Shown here one piece after another: positions 19,996-31,600 of a stretch of 64,000 nt of DNA. Positions within the stretch are counted from its first letter, which is position 1, and every line of letters begins with the position of its first letter. The DNA is taken from the NCBI GenBank assembly GCA_963801605.1, contig CAWDFP010000006.1:864001-928000 (forward strand), in the 5' to 3' direction. Below the pieces are notes generated by a model. That model searched no databases. It had not been told where the DNA came from and was given only the letters and a program-made list of their open reading frames with translations. The DNA comes from an uncultured candidate division Zixibacteria bacterium (GTDB taxonomy: Bacteria; Zixibacteria; MSB-5A5; UBA10806). The position numbers and the translations under genes are program-made.

Positions 19996-20487
19996 TTACA
20001 TTTTCTTCATTAGCAGCGCCCGCGTATAGGGAATTAACCCGCCGGCATCGATAATGGCCTGGCGCGCTTTTGGCAAGGGAGTAACCTTAAACTGCTTTCC
20101 AGTCGAAATGTTTTTCACGAAATTGCCATCGATTTCAAGCTCATCGCCCTCACTCGCCTCGATATCGGGACAAATTACGGTATTTAATCCCAGGTTGATC
20201 GAGTTCTGCAAAAAGATTCTTGAAAAATGCTTCGCAACGATGGCGAGTTCATATCCCTTAAGGCATGAAGCCGCCTGTTCGCGTGACGAGCCGCATCCAA
20301 AATTCTGCCCGGCCACGATAACGCTTCCGGTGGGGACTTCGCCATTTTTGAGCTTCTTATTGAAATCGGTTTGGTCGGCAAAGGCGTACGCCGGAGTTTC
20401 GGTTGGCAGGACCGTTGCCATAAATCTACCCGGATAGATGATATCGGTTGAGATATCATCACCAATTTTATATACGACTTTTCCCAT
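19996..20487 (-). CDS. leuD: 3-isopropylmalate dehydratase/homoaconitase small subunit (short type)
   Basis: DISTDIIYPG, NFGCGSSRE, RIFLQNSINLG, GGLI. Confidence 0.8.
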   Translation of the reverse strand: MGKVVYKIGDDISTDIIYPGRFMATVLPTETPAYAFADQTDFNKKLKNGEVPTGSVIVAGQNFGCGSSREQAASCLKGYELAIVAKHFSRIFLQNSINLGLNTVICPDIEASEGDELEIDGNFVKNISTGKQFKVTPLPKARQAIIDAGGLIPYTRALLMKKM

Positions 20488-20488
20488 T

Positions 20489-21781
20489 TTAACGACCTCC
20501 CGTTCTTGGGTCGGAAATTACACCGTTAATAGCGCTGGCGGCAGCGGTTTCAGGCGAACAGAGATAAACCTCAGCATTAGGATTACCCATGCGTCCCTTA
20601 AAATTACGATTGGTAGTGGCAAGTGCTGTTTCCTGATCGGCTAACGCGCCTTGATGCACTCCCAGGCAGGGGCCGCATCCGGGGTTACAAACAACCGCGC
20701 CGGCCTGGGCAAGTGTAGCGATATACCCTTTGTCCAAAGCCTCGCGATAGATGCGCCATGAAGCCGGAAAGATCAGCATTCTGGTGCCGTGTGCCACCTT
20801 TTTGCCTTTGAGAATTCTGGCGGCGGCTTCAAGATCGTCAAGCCGGCCGTTGGTGCAGGAGCCGATCACAATCTGATGAATCTTCTTGCCCTTAACATCC
20901 TCAACGGGTTTGATGTTATCCACTGTATGCGGGCAAGCAATTTGCGGACCCAGCGCGGCGGCATTAATTTCAAGTACCTTCTCATATTCAGCATCTTTAT
21001 CCGGGGCGAACATGTCGAGTTTATCGGTTACGCCCGCAACGTTCTTCAGGTAGTTTTCGGTTTCAGCGTCAGGAGGTACAATTCCGCTGGTGGCGCCGGC
21101 CTCAACCGACATATTGCAGATTGTAAGGCGGCCTGACGTTGGCATTTTTTGAATCGTCTCGCCATGGAATTCAAGCACCTTAAAATTGGCGCCCTCCGCG
21201 GTAAGTTTACCGATTATATGCAGAATCAAATCTTTCGGGCCTACAAACGGATTGAATTTACCCGTAACGTTGACTTTAATAGTGTGAGGAACTTCGACAT
21301 TAAGGATATTCCCCAACGTCCAAACTGAGGCCATCTCGGTGGCGCCGATTCCGAAAGCAAAGGCGCCCAGAGCGCCATGGCTGGTGGTATGGCTGTCGGT
21401 TCCGACTACCACGAATCCGGGTCTGACATATCCATACTCTGGAAGAATCTGATGGCAAATTCCGCCCTCATCACCGCGGATATCATGGAATTTTTTTATT
21501 CCCTGTTTGGCGATAAACTCCCGAAGCTTTTTCTGGTTGTTGGCGGTTTTGGAGCTTTCGGCCGGTACCCGATGATCGAGTATAATCGCAATCCTATCCG
21601 GATTCCAAACTTTCGCCTCACGTCCGGTATCCTTATAGATTTCGTTGAACTGGTTTATCACCAACGCGCCGTTTTCATGCGACATTGCCAGGTGTACCGC
21701 CGGCTCAATGACGTCGCCAACAGCAACCGATTGCTTGCCGCAGGCTTTCGCCAGTACTTTCTGAACGTAGGTCATTCCCAT
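20489..21781 (-). CDS. leuC: 3-isopropylmalate dehydratase/homoaconitase large subunit
   Basis: DHRVP, GICHQ, TDSHT, GSCTNGR, CGPCLG, TNRNFKGRMG. Confidence 0.85.
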   Translation of the reverse strand: MGMTYVQKVLAKACGKQSVAVGDVIEPAVHLAMSHENGALVINQFNEIYKDTGREAKVWNPDRIAIILDHRVPAESSKTANNQKKLREFIAKQGIKKFHDIRGDEGGICHQILPEYGYVRPGFVVVGTDSHTTSHGALGAFAFGIGATEMASVWTLGNILNVEVPHTIKVNVTGKFNPFVGPKDLILHIIGKLTAEGANFKVLEFHGETIQKMPTSGRLTICNMSVEAGATSGIVPPDAETENYLKNVAGVTDKLDMFAPDKDAEYEKVLEINAAALGPQIACPHTVDNIKPVEDVKGKKIHQIVIGSCTNGRLDDLEAAARILKGKKVAHGTRMLIFPASWRIYREALDKGYIATLAQAGAVVCNPGCGPCLGVHQGALADQETALATTNRNFKGRMGNPNAEVYLCSPETAAASAINGVISDPRTGGR

Positions 21782-22096
21782 TTGAACCCCTTGGAAATTT
21801 TTTAACTTTTATATCGACTTAATTCTCTGCCTCGCAAAATAAAATCTGACACAGGGTATATATTAGGTATTAACGCCGCATTTGGCAAGAGCTTTGGACC
21901 ATCAACTAAGCCCTTAGAATCCCTGTTTGTTCGTGTTAAATTAATGCCTGACATCCTCCCCAACAGATTACCATGCTTACACTTAACGTTTAGGCTTGAG
22001 AGGGATCGACGATCCGAGTCGTTCGTAAATCATTTTTATTACATATTTGATGAATTTATGATACAATCTTGGAATTGCTGATACCAAAGGAGTCCA

Positions 22097-23916
22097 ATGA
22101 GATTATTTAAGAAATTCCCATCTTATGATTATCTGCTTCAGGGAGCGTCTATATCATTTAAACGGTTTCCTTTCACGCTTCTTAGCGCAATCTTTGGGAC
22201 AATCGTTTTAGTCGCTCTCATTCAACTTGATAAAGGCCAGCATTACACTCTTCAAAAATTAGCTTTTGCGAGCGCGCTTGGCCTGCCTCTCTTTACGGCC
22301 TCTGGCCAGCCTGGGCTGAGAAACGGCAAGCGAAATTGGCAATTGCCTTCCAGGCTTTTGGTTTCATTCCGATTATTCTTTATTACCTCACATTACCGGC
22401 TGAGTCTCTGACGCCATATATGTATCCGATCCGTTTTCTTCTTTTGATGATCGCCTTTCATCTTCTGGTGGCATTCCTGCCATATATTGGAAAGGACCAG
22501 CACCAGGGCTTCTGGCAATATAACAAATCGCTATTTATTCGATTTCTAATCTCCGCGATTTATTCGGCGGTAATGTTTGTCGGCCTTCTCATTGCACTGA
22601 TTGCAGCTAAAGAACTCTTCGGGATTAATGTTCCCGATAAAAGATTTCTGCAACTTTGGGTCATTATTGCCGGAATATTTAATACTTGGGTTTTTTTGGC
22701 AGGCATCCCTGATAATCTCGGCGAACTACGCGAGGTAGGCCAGTATCCTGATGGACTTAAAATTTTCACGCAGTATATCCTGTTGCCGCTGGTGGGGCTT
22801 TATCTCATCATCCTATACGCTTATGAGCTTAAGATCATCATCACCTGGAATTGGCCTAAGGGATGGGTTTCGCAGTTAGTTTTGTGGTATTCGGTGGTGG
22901 GCATACTTTCGATGCTTCTCTTGTGGCCGTTACGGGAGGCCAACCGTTGGGTTAACATTTTCGCTAGATGGTTTTTCAGAGCTCTGATTCCATTGATAGT
23001 AATGCTATTCCTCGCGATAAGCGAGCGGGTTGGAGTATATGGTATTACTGTAAACCGGTACCTGGTTTTCGAGATGGCAATCGGCCTGGCAATTCTAACG
23101 CTATATTTTGTTTTCGGTAAAAAGAAAGATATCAGGTCAATTCCAGCGATTATTTGTATAATTGCCATTCTTTCAGCTTACGGACCCTGGAGCGCCTTTA
23201 CAATATCGGAACGTAGCCAGCACGCTCGATTGGAAAAGCTTCTGATCCAAAATAAAATAATTGTCGATGGCGTAGTTAAGCCTGTATCCAACGAATTATC
23301 CCTTGATAATCTGAGGCAGATGAGCAGCGTTGTCTCATATTTGATAGAATGGCACGGCGCAAAATCATTTTCCCCCTGGATTGACGATAGTACGCTAAAT
23401 TCATTTTCCTCTGCTTCTACTTATCCTATGCGAGATACGATTTCAAAAGCACTCGGATTTGAGTATATCGATACCTGGCAAAATGAGCTTCGAGGCGGGC
23501 ATTTCCGATATATCATGGCCAACGATGTGGTCAGCCCCATTTCGGGGTATGATCAAATGATTCGATACTCCGTCTTTCCCTCAAATGATAATACCCTGCC
23601 ATCCCAAAAATATGTGATTGATTCCGATACCTGCTACCTGTCGTTCCGTTTCAGTCCGCCCATATTTTACGCGCGAATAATATCAGGCCTGACTGGCAAG
23701 AGTGATTCATCGAAATTTCCGCTTGGCTACCCGCTCGCTGAACATATTAATACCCAAGAGGATAATTCGATTAAAGCGGGCCAGTTAATATTTGAGACGC
23801 CTGTGGGAAACTATATGGCTCGGGTGATTATTCGGGAGATATCGGGCCTGCAGGAGCACGATTCCACCAGGGTTGATAATCTGAATGCCTACGTTTTATT
23901 GCGGAAAATTAAATAG
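22097..23916 (+). CDS. DUF4153-like polytopic membrane protein; frameshifted at ~22300-22307
   Basis: About 10 TM segments, YILLPL, YGITVNRY, GPWSA. Removing two C's (22299-22300 and 22306-22307) gives TALAAWAEKRQ and joins the ORFs. Confidence 0.7.
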
Positions 23917-23931
23917 CCCTATCCGACATTC

Positions 23932-24945
23932 CTACGGCTCTGATATCCTTAACACGGCCGCCCCTTTGAGTGCTCCGGAACGAAGCTTGGACAGGGCTTC
24001 ATTAGCCTGATTTAGCTCAAACATCTCAATCTCAGTCTTCACCGGTACTTTAGGGGCAATCGATAACATCTCTTCGCCGTCCCGACGAGTTAGATTGGCG
24101 ACAGACTTTATTGTGCGTTCTCCCCATAAGATATGGTAGGGAAAAGCCGGAATATCACTCATGTGGATACCAGCACAGACTACCACTCCACCCTTTGCAA
24201 TCGCCTCAAGGGCAATTGGTATAAGTGCGCCTACGGGTGCAAATATAATGGCGGCGTCAAGCTTTTCGGGTGGATTTGTATTGGAATCGCCTGCCCACAC
24301 AGCCCCCAGGCTTCTGGCAAAACCCTGGCCATCTTTATCGCCTGGTCTGGTAAAGGCGAATATCCGTTTTCCTTCAAAAGCCGCCACCTGTGCAATAATA
24401 TGAGCCGACGCTCCATAGCCATAGAAGCCGATATTGACAGCATCTTCTCCCGTCATTCTGTAGGAACGGTAGCCAATTAACCCGGCACAAAGAAGGGGAG
24501 AGGCATGAAAAACATCATTATCATTCGAAAGAGGAAAACAATAACGCTGGTCGGCTACCATATATTCAGCATAGCCGCCGTCGAGATTATAGCCGGTAAA
24601 TTTGGCGTGATCACAAAGATTTTCCTGATTTTGACGGCAATACTTGCAGCTGCCATCGGTATACCCCAGCCAGGGGACGCCGATACGGTCTCCGGGCTTA
24701 AACTTGGTGACACCCACTCCCAACTGCGCAACCGATCCCACAATTTCATGTCCCGGCACAAGATGGGGCTTGGGATTTGGCAAATCGCCATCAACCACAT
24801 GAAGATCCGTCCGGCAGACGCCGCAGGCATGGACCTTAACAAGAACCTGCCTTGGTCCAGGCATGGGTACGGGAATCAGCTTTTCCTCAAGCTGAGTACC
24901 TTGCTTTTCGAGGATCATTGCTTTCATCTTTTCTGGAATTGCCAT
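23932..24945 (-). CDS. Zinc-dependent alcohol dehydrogenase (AdhP-like)
   Basis: CGVCRTDLH, PGHEIVG, DxxCxxC..C structural Zn site, LCAG. Confidence 0.9.
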   Translation of the reverse strand: MAIPEKMKAMILEKQGTQLEEKLIPVPMPGPRQVLVKVHACGVCRTDLHVVDGDLPNPKPHLVPGHEIVGSVAQLGVGVTKFKPGDRIGVPWLGYTDGSCKYCRQNQENLCDHAKFTGYNLDGGYAEYMVADQRYCFPLSNDNDVFHASPLLCAGLIGYRSYRMTGEDAVNIGFYGYGASAHIIAQVAAFEGKRIFAFTRPGDKDGQGFARSLGAVWAGDSNTNPPEKLDAAIIFAPVGALIPIALEAIAKGGVVVCAGIHMSDIPAFPYHILWGERTIKSVANLTRRDGEEMLSIAPKVPVKTEIEMFELNQANEALSKLRSGALKGAAVLRISEP

Positions 24946-25246
24946 CGTGCTGCCAGCCTTCGTAATAATTTTTCTCTAAAACTTTTCTTAAATAAAGAAT
25001 AAGGCGGAATCAATAGTCAAGTTAAAAGAGCTACTTTGCCGGGGAACGATGAAGATTAACTCATTTAATTGGGCGAATGAGGTAACAAAGGCCCTGCCCT
25101 TATCGTAATTGAAAAAGAGGTGCAAAGGTTTTGGAATGTTATTTCCGTCTTGCTGAAAAAAACGGCTTTGGCTCGTTATATATATTTACCTATAATACTC
25201 TTAAGTGGAGACAAGATTAATACATTTGGAAAAGGAGAGTTCAACA

Positions 25247-27130
25247 ATGGCTTCACGGAAAATGACTGCGATGATTTCTTTGTTTGTATTTCTCGCCATT
25301 CTTTTGCCGGCCTTGAGCATGGCGCAGGTGAAGGAAATTCCGACGCGAGATCAAATCCCGGATAAATATAAATGGAACTTGAACGATTTCTTCGTATCCG
25401 ATTCCGTTTGGGGAAACGCCCTGGAGGCGCTTAAAGCTCGTATCCCCGAAATTGCCAAATATCAATCCAAGTTAGGCGAGTCAGCAACCAATCTGGCCCA
25501 GTGCCTTATGCTGAATGACACGCTCGGTATGAAGGGCCACCGGCTATTTGTGTATGCTTCCCTCAATCTTGATGAGGATAACCGGGTGGGGAAATATCAG
25601 GAAATGCGCGACAAAGCCTACGCGCTATTGTCACAACTCAATCAGGCGACTGCCTATATTGAACCTGAAATACTCAAAATCCCCGACGATAAACTGCGCT
25701 CTTTCATTCAGGAAGACAAAAACCTGGCAGTTTATAAATTTTATCTCGATGACATTATCAGGAGAAAAACTCATATCAGATCCGAGGAAGTTGAGGAACT
25801 GCTGGCAGAGGCCGGTCCTGTCACTGCCGGACCAAGCCGCATATTTACTATGATCGACGATGCCGATGTCAAACTTCCCAATATCAAGGACGAGAACGGC
25901 CAGGAAATTGAAATGACCAAGGGACGGTTCGGGCAGATTATGGAATCGCCCGATCGCAATCTTCGACGAACCGCCAGCGAAGCTTACAGTGAAACTTATA
26001 AAAAATACTCAAATGCTCTTGCCGCCACCCTGGCATCTTCAGTCAATGGTGATCTGTTTTATACCAAAGCCAGGAAATATGAAACCTGCTTGGAACGGGC
26101 TTTAGATAATGACAGCATTCCTGAAAGCGTTTTCTTCAATCTGATTAAGGCAACCAACGACAATTTCGCCCCACTGCACAAATATATCTCTCTACGTAAA
26201 AAAGCACTGGCAGTTGATACCCTGTTCGGTTTTGATCTTTCCGTGCCAATCATTCCTCAAAGCAAAATGGAGTTCACTTATGAACAGGCTAAAGATTATA
26301 TGCTTAAGGGCCTGAAGCCATTGGGAAATGAATATCTGGCAAATGTCCAGAAAGCTTTGGATTCGCGATGGATCGATGTCTATGAGAATCAGGGCAAGGG
26401 AAGCGGTGGTTACACTTGGGGCACTTATACGGTTCACCCGGTCATGCTTCTCAATTTCGCGGGTACCTTAAACGACGTTTTCACGCTGGCTCATGAGATG
26501 GGCCACATGATGCATAACTACTACTCCAATATCAATGAGCCGTATGTTTACTCCGGCCATTCTCTGTTTACCGCCGAGGTAGCCTCCACCTGCAACGAAG
26601 CCATCATGATAAAGTACCTGCTCGATCACACTAAGGATAGAAACGAAAAGTTGTACCTGCTCAATTACTATATCGATCAGATAATCGGTACCTTCTATAC
26701 GCAGGTCTGGTTCTCTGAATATGAACTTAAGATTCATCAAACGGTTGAAGGCGGCGGCGCCCTTTCCACCGAATCGCTGCGCAAGTTTTACCGCGAGATA
26801 TTCAATAAATATTATGGACCGGATCTATATATTCCCCCGGATCGCGATTACGGTGGAATGAGAATCAGCCACTTCTATCGCAACTACTACGTTTATCAAT
26901 ATGCCAGCAGTTATGCCGCGTCGCAGATGCTATCTCAGAAGATACTTGCCGGTGATAAAAAAGCCATCGCAGCCTATATGGATTTTATAAAGACCGGTTC
27001 TTCTGCTTATCCGATCGATATTCTCAAGAAGGCTGGAGTCGATATGACTACTACTGAACCGTTCGATAATACCGTCAAGGTGTTTTCCCAGCTGGTGGAT
27101 GAATTCGAACGCGTATTGAATTCGAAATAA
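25247..27130 (+). CDS. pepF: Oligoendopeptidase F (M3B) with N-terminal signal peptide
   Basis: KYKWNL, WIDVYENQGKGSG, TLAHEMGH, AEVAS, HFY..YYVYQYA. ATG at 25247 follows AGGAG. Confidence 0.9.
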   Translation: MASRKMTAMISLFVFLAILLPALSMAQVKEIPTRDQIPDKYKWNLNDFFVSDSVWGNALEALKARIPEIAKYQSKLGESATNLAQCLMLNDTLGMKGHRLFVYASLNLDEDNRVGKYQEMRDKAYALLSQLNQATAYIEPEILKIPDDKLRSFIQEDKNLAVYKFYLDDIIRRKTHIRSEEVEELLAEAGPVTAGPSRIFTMIDDADVKLPNIKDENGQEIEMTKGRFGQIMESPDRNLRRTASEAYSETYKKYSNALAATLASSVNGDLFYTKARKYETCLERALDNDSIPESVFFNLIKATNDNFAPLHKYISLRKKALAVDTLFGFDLSVPIIPQSKMEFTYEQAKDYMLKGLKPLGNEYLANVQKALDSRWIDVYENQGKGSGGYTWGTYTVHPVMLLNFAGTLNDVFTLAHEMGHMMHNYYSNINEPYVYSGHSLFTAEVASTCNEAIMIKYLLDHTKDRNEKLYLLNYYIDQIIGTFYTQVWFSEYELKIHQTVEGGGALSTESLRKFYREIFNKYYGPDLYIPPDRDYGGMRISHFYRNYYVYQYASSYAASQMLSQKILAGDKKAIAAYMDFIKTGSSAYPIDILKKAGVDMTTTEPFDNTVKVFSQLVDEFERVLNSK

Positions 27131-27156
27131 GCGTAGCATTTCGCTTATTAAATTGC

Positions 27157-27183
27157 AGGACCGCTCATGGGAGCGGTCCTTTT
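27157..27183 (+). terminator. Intrinsic terminator
   Basis: AGGACCGCTC-ATGG-GAGCGGTCCT-TTT. Confidence 0.85.
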
Positions 27184-27269
27184 GTTATGACAATAAATCC
27201 GAATGCCCCAGATATTATCATCCTATTTCCGCATTTGCTATTATATATTAGATTGTTTTTGGAGATATT

Positions 27270-28559
27270 ATGGCAAAAGTAGAAAAATCGATTGGCTCTA
27301 AAATCCGGGTCGTTGTGATAGGAGGCGGCCCCGCTGGTTTATTGGCCGCCGGCCAGGCAGCGCTTGGCGGCGCCAACGTTACTCTTTTGGAGAAAAAGGA
27401 TTTTCCTGCCCGGAAACTTCGTATTACGGGAAACGGACGCTGTAACCTTACCAATACCGCCCCGCTCGAGGATTTCATATCTCATTTTGGGCGTAATGGC
27501 AAATTCTTACGTCCCGCTTTTTCAAAATTCTTTTCGCCGGAACTCATTGCGTTTTTTAGGACTAACGGCGTAGCCTTGGTTACGGATGAAAGCGGACGAG
27601 TCTACCCCAAAAGCAACAGAGCGGATGATATTGCCGACTCTCTTCTTGATTGGGTTGCAAATTGTGGCGTCAGGATTCAAACCAATTCAGCGGTAAAACA
27701 GATCGTTTCCGAAAAAGATCATGTTCTAGGCGTGCGACTGATAGATAGCGGAAAATTGATTGAGGCTAATGCTGTTGTCGTGGCGACCGGAGGCGCATCG
27801 TATCCGGCCACAGGCTCGAGCGGTGATGGTTATACCCTGGCAAGGGACCTGGGCCATACCATTGTGCCGATCAGACCGGCCTCGGTGCCGTTAGTAGTAA
27901 CCTCAAAATTAGTATCAAAACTTGAAGGTATAAGTTTGAATTCTATAACGGTCAATTTAAAAGCCGAAAAGAAAAGCATTAAATCGGTTTCAGGCGGGAT
28001 TCTGTTCACTCATTTTGGTCTATCCGGTCCTGCCATACTTTCTATAAGCCGCCATTGCGTTGACCAACTGAGATCCGGCAAACATCCAATTCTGTCTATC
28101 GATTTATTACCTCAGTATGATGACCAGAAGTTGGATCAATTGCTGTTATCTAAAATACAAGCGCATGGGAAAAGTCAAATTCATACGATACTCGGCGAGT
28201 TGTTGCCTGATAAATTAGCCTCAACTCTTCTTATGCTCAATGACATTGACCCAACAAAACAGTGCAATCAAATATCATCGGATGAGCGGAGACGGATCAG
28301 GATAAGCCTGAAGGAATTCGATCTTGAAGTCACCGGGCATCGACCTCTGGCTTTAGCGATGGTTACCGCGGGGGGAGTTAGCCTAAAAGAGGTTGATCCT
28401 CAAACCATGGAATCAAAAATTATTAAGGGCCTCAATTTCGTCGGCGAGGTTTTAGATCTCGATGCCGACACCGGCGGCTATAATCTTCAAGCCGCATTTT
28501 CAACGGGCTGGCTGGCGGGTCGGGCTTGTTCCGCTCCTATAAAGCCAAAAGGGCGATAA
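27270..28559 (+). CDS. HI0933/BaiN/YhiN-family flavoprotein
   Basis: GGGPAG, ITGNGRCNLTN, ATGGASYPATGS, FTHFGLSGP, VTAGGV, TGGYNLQAA. Confidence 0.9.
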   Translation: MAKVEKSIGSKIRVVVIGGGPAGLLAAGQAALGGANVTLLEKKDFPARKLRITGNGRCNLTNTAPLEDFISHFGRNGKFLRPAFSKFFSPELIAFFRTNGVALVTDESGRVYPKSNRADDIADSLLDWVANCGVRIQTNSAVKQIVSEKDHVLGVRLIDSGKLIEANAVVVATGGASYPATGSSGDGYTLARDLGHTIVPIRPASVPLVVTSKLVSKLEGISLNSITVNLKAEKKSIKSVSGGILFTHFGLSGPAILSISRHCVDQLRSGKHPILSIDLLPQYDDQKLDQLLLSKIQAHGKSQIHTILGELLPDKLASTLLMLNDIDPTKQCNQISSDERRRIRISLKEFDLEVTGHRPLALAMVTAGGVSLKEVDPQTMESKIIKGLNFVGEVLDLDADTGGYNLQAAFSTGWLAGRACSAPIKPKGR

Positions 28560-28584
28560 AAAAACAGCCGGTTGAAACCGGCTG
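28557..28584 (-). terminator. Intrinsic terminator
   Basis: CAGCCGGT-TGAA-ACCGGCTG preceded by an A-run (a U-tail for the minus strand). Confidence 0.75.
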
Positions 28585-28618
28585 ATCGAATTATAAATAT
28601 TATTTTCTGATAGTTTTC

Positions 28619-31600
28619 TTAGAATTCTGCCCCGAACGAGAAATACCATCTCGGCTTATGAGCTACATGAACCATATTGGTAGCCCAGGCCAAATCCACT
28701 CTGAGAACGAAAATTCCCAAATTTATCCTCGGGCCGAAACCGAATCCGGCTAAAACATCCCCGACGCGTGTTGAATCCGGGATATTAGTATTATGAGGAT
28801 CATGAAAATGTAGATTTTCTAAGAATCTGCTGTCACGGCTGTTCCATGACGTGCCCATATCCCAGAAAAGCGCTCCACTTACCTGGGCTAACGTGATCGG
28901 GAGAGGAAAATGCAATTTGAAGTAGTCAATAAAGGGATAGCGAAATTCGAGATTGAAGACTCCAAAACGAGTACCTGCCTGTGAAAAATAATTATAGCCT
29001 CTGATCGGCACCACCAACTCATTTACATAGATATCTTCAACGTTGTAAATATCACCTTTCGATCTGCTGGGGCTAATCCAGTTTGATGTACCACCCAAAT
29101 AGTAAGTCTTGGCGTCGCGGCCATTAGAGAAACCGCCTCCAAGGCGCATTGCCATGTTATAATGGCTCCAGAAAAACCAGTATTTCCGGTAATCGAATTC
29201 AAGCGCACTGAACGATAAGGCAGTCCCCACTGCTTTTATCGATTGATCATACTTTACCGCATAACGCTGCCCGCCAACAGGTCCCGTTAATCCCCATATT
29301 ACGGCATCATTGGTAAAAGACAGCGAGCCTATCATGATATTGGTGGTTCGATTAGGAACATAATCGGCATAGGTTTCGCGGTCTACTGTTATTTGCGATA
29401 GGGTTAAATCCAATCTTGAGAATTTAGAAAACGGATAGGAGACATACCCTTGAGCGCCATAAATGCGATCGCTGAAAAAGTAACCGGCTGAATCGTTGTA
29501 GTACAGGTTTTTGAAGTGAAATACCGCTGCTAGATAATCCATTCTTTTGGCGGTGTAGGAATAGGCCACTTGAATATTCGATTGATCGATAGTGTTAACC
29601 AGGTCGGTGTAAAGATAAAAATGATGATTTCCCAGGAGATCGGAAATTGACAGGTATGATTGTCCCTGTAGACCATAGAAATTATCGTAGGTCAGCCCGC
29701 CGGTAACAAGCTCAGGCGCAAATTTTAATTTGTAATGATTTTGTTTATAACTACCATCCGGTAAAAGGTAATTTAAGGTGTCGATTTCCGCCAAACTTGA
29801 ATCGAGTTTAGCCTCGGCTTTTAATGAATCGGGTTTTAACTCCTCGGTGTGCTGCTCGATTTCACCCTCGCCAACTCGAAAAACGTAGGTACTGAAATCG
29901 GCAGGCTCTGCGATTGTGCTATCCGGTTTGATCGCCGTTGTATCGGATGTTGCGGCGCTTGGTACAAAAATATCTTTTTCGCCGCTCCGAAGTTTTTGCA
30001 TGTAATGAGTCAGCTTAAGGCCGCCGTTTTCATCCGAGGCATCTTTAATATTTTTAATAACGTAAATATCGAACCCGTATTTAAAGAAAGCCGAAAAAGC
30101 CAGTTGATCCCCATCGGGCGACCAGCTTGGCGAAAAAGCCCCGGAAATGATATTGGTGACTGGATAAGTTCGGCTATCGGCCATCTCATAGATATAGATA
30201 TTATCTATTCCGTTTCGATTTGAAATAAAGGCGATCCTCGCGCCATCCGGGGAAAAGGCCGGCTGATCGTCTTTGTATGGCGATTCTACCAGAAGTTTCA
30301 TTTCGCCTAATTGAGTGTCGTAGAGAAATATATTATAGTCCCCATAACGCGGCGTTAGCGTTGTATCCGTCGAGGAAACAGGTCTATCGGACGAGAAAGC
30401 GATATAACGATTGTCATTTGACCAGGTCGGATAATGATCGTCATATTTATCGTGCATAAGCTGTTTGAGGTCTTTTGTTTTCAAATCATAAATATAGATA
30501 TCGGTAAAGCCGTCTTTTATACCGTCGATTGCGATTTTCGAACCATCACGCGACCACGACGGATTACGCATCCCGGACATTCGTAAATCAATTTTCTTTT
30601 TGCGGTGGCCCGATATAGCATCATAAATAAAGAGGACATCGCTGCCATCGCTTTTACCTACAAAAGCCAGTTCATTTCCATCGGGGGACCAGGTTAGTCC
30701 GGAAAAGTATGAGTGCAGTGATTCCAAATCGCCCGACCGTTCGGCTTTAACCACGCGAGAGATAACCTTACCGTCGACAGTGGAAATGATATAGACTTCG
30801 TTGAAACGATCCGAGTAACCGTTTTGAGGATTATTTTTATCGGAGAAAAATGCCAGCCTATCTCCTTTAGGAGACCATTCGGGTTTCTGATTGAACACCG
30901 AACCGTCCTTTGTATGGTCCGTCAGCGATTTAGCCAGCTCCCCAGGCTCTTTGCGATTGGCGATTTCGGGCCAGTAAACGCGCCGCATCGCTTTTTGCCA
31001 GTCATCAGAAACATTTTCGAGAGAAACCCCGAGCGCCGCCTTGGTGGCTCTTTCCATTATTATAGCCGATTTACCTTTATTGAGTATCTCCGAAATCTTT
31101 TCGCCACCGTATTTTTCCGAAATATATTCGCAGGCCGATTGGCCTCCCTTATATGCTAAAAATCCGTCGAGCATGTTAAGCGGCGGCAGATATCCCTGAA
31201 TTACGGCGTCGCGCATATACATGTCAGCTTCGAGATCCCAGCCATGACGAGATGAGTATTCCGCAAATCCTTCAGAAAACCAGAGCGGGGGACGGAAAAG
31301 AGCTTCTGTCGATAACAGAGATTTCAAAACATTACCGTAAAGCAAATCGAACCAGATGGCATGAGTCAACTCATGGTGGAGTACGTGGCGAAAATCCTCG
31401 TATGAACCCGTGAATGGAATGACAATCCTGTTTCTGAAAACCTCAGTGAATCCGCCTACTCCCTCGGGAATTAGTTCAGAGATGACATTGGTCTGTTGGA
31501 ACTCATTATGCGAGGCATAAATAATAACCGGCACTCTGCTGGCCAAAGTGTAGTTAAGTTCTTCTTTAATTTCAGCGTAAGCGCTCTGAAGAGAGTTGGC

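Noticed and set aside
25043..25070. Intergenic GGAAC upstream of pepF
   Set aside because: No GT at the 18-nt spacing; recorded as a counter-example.
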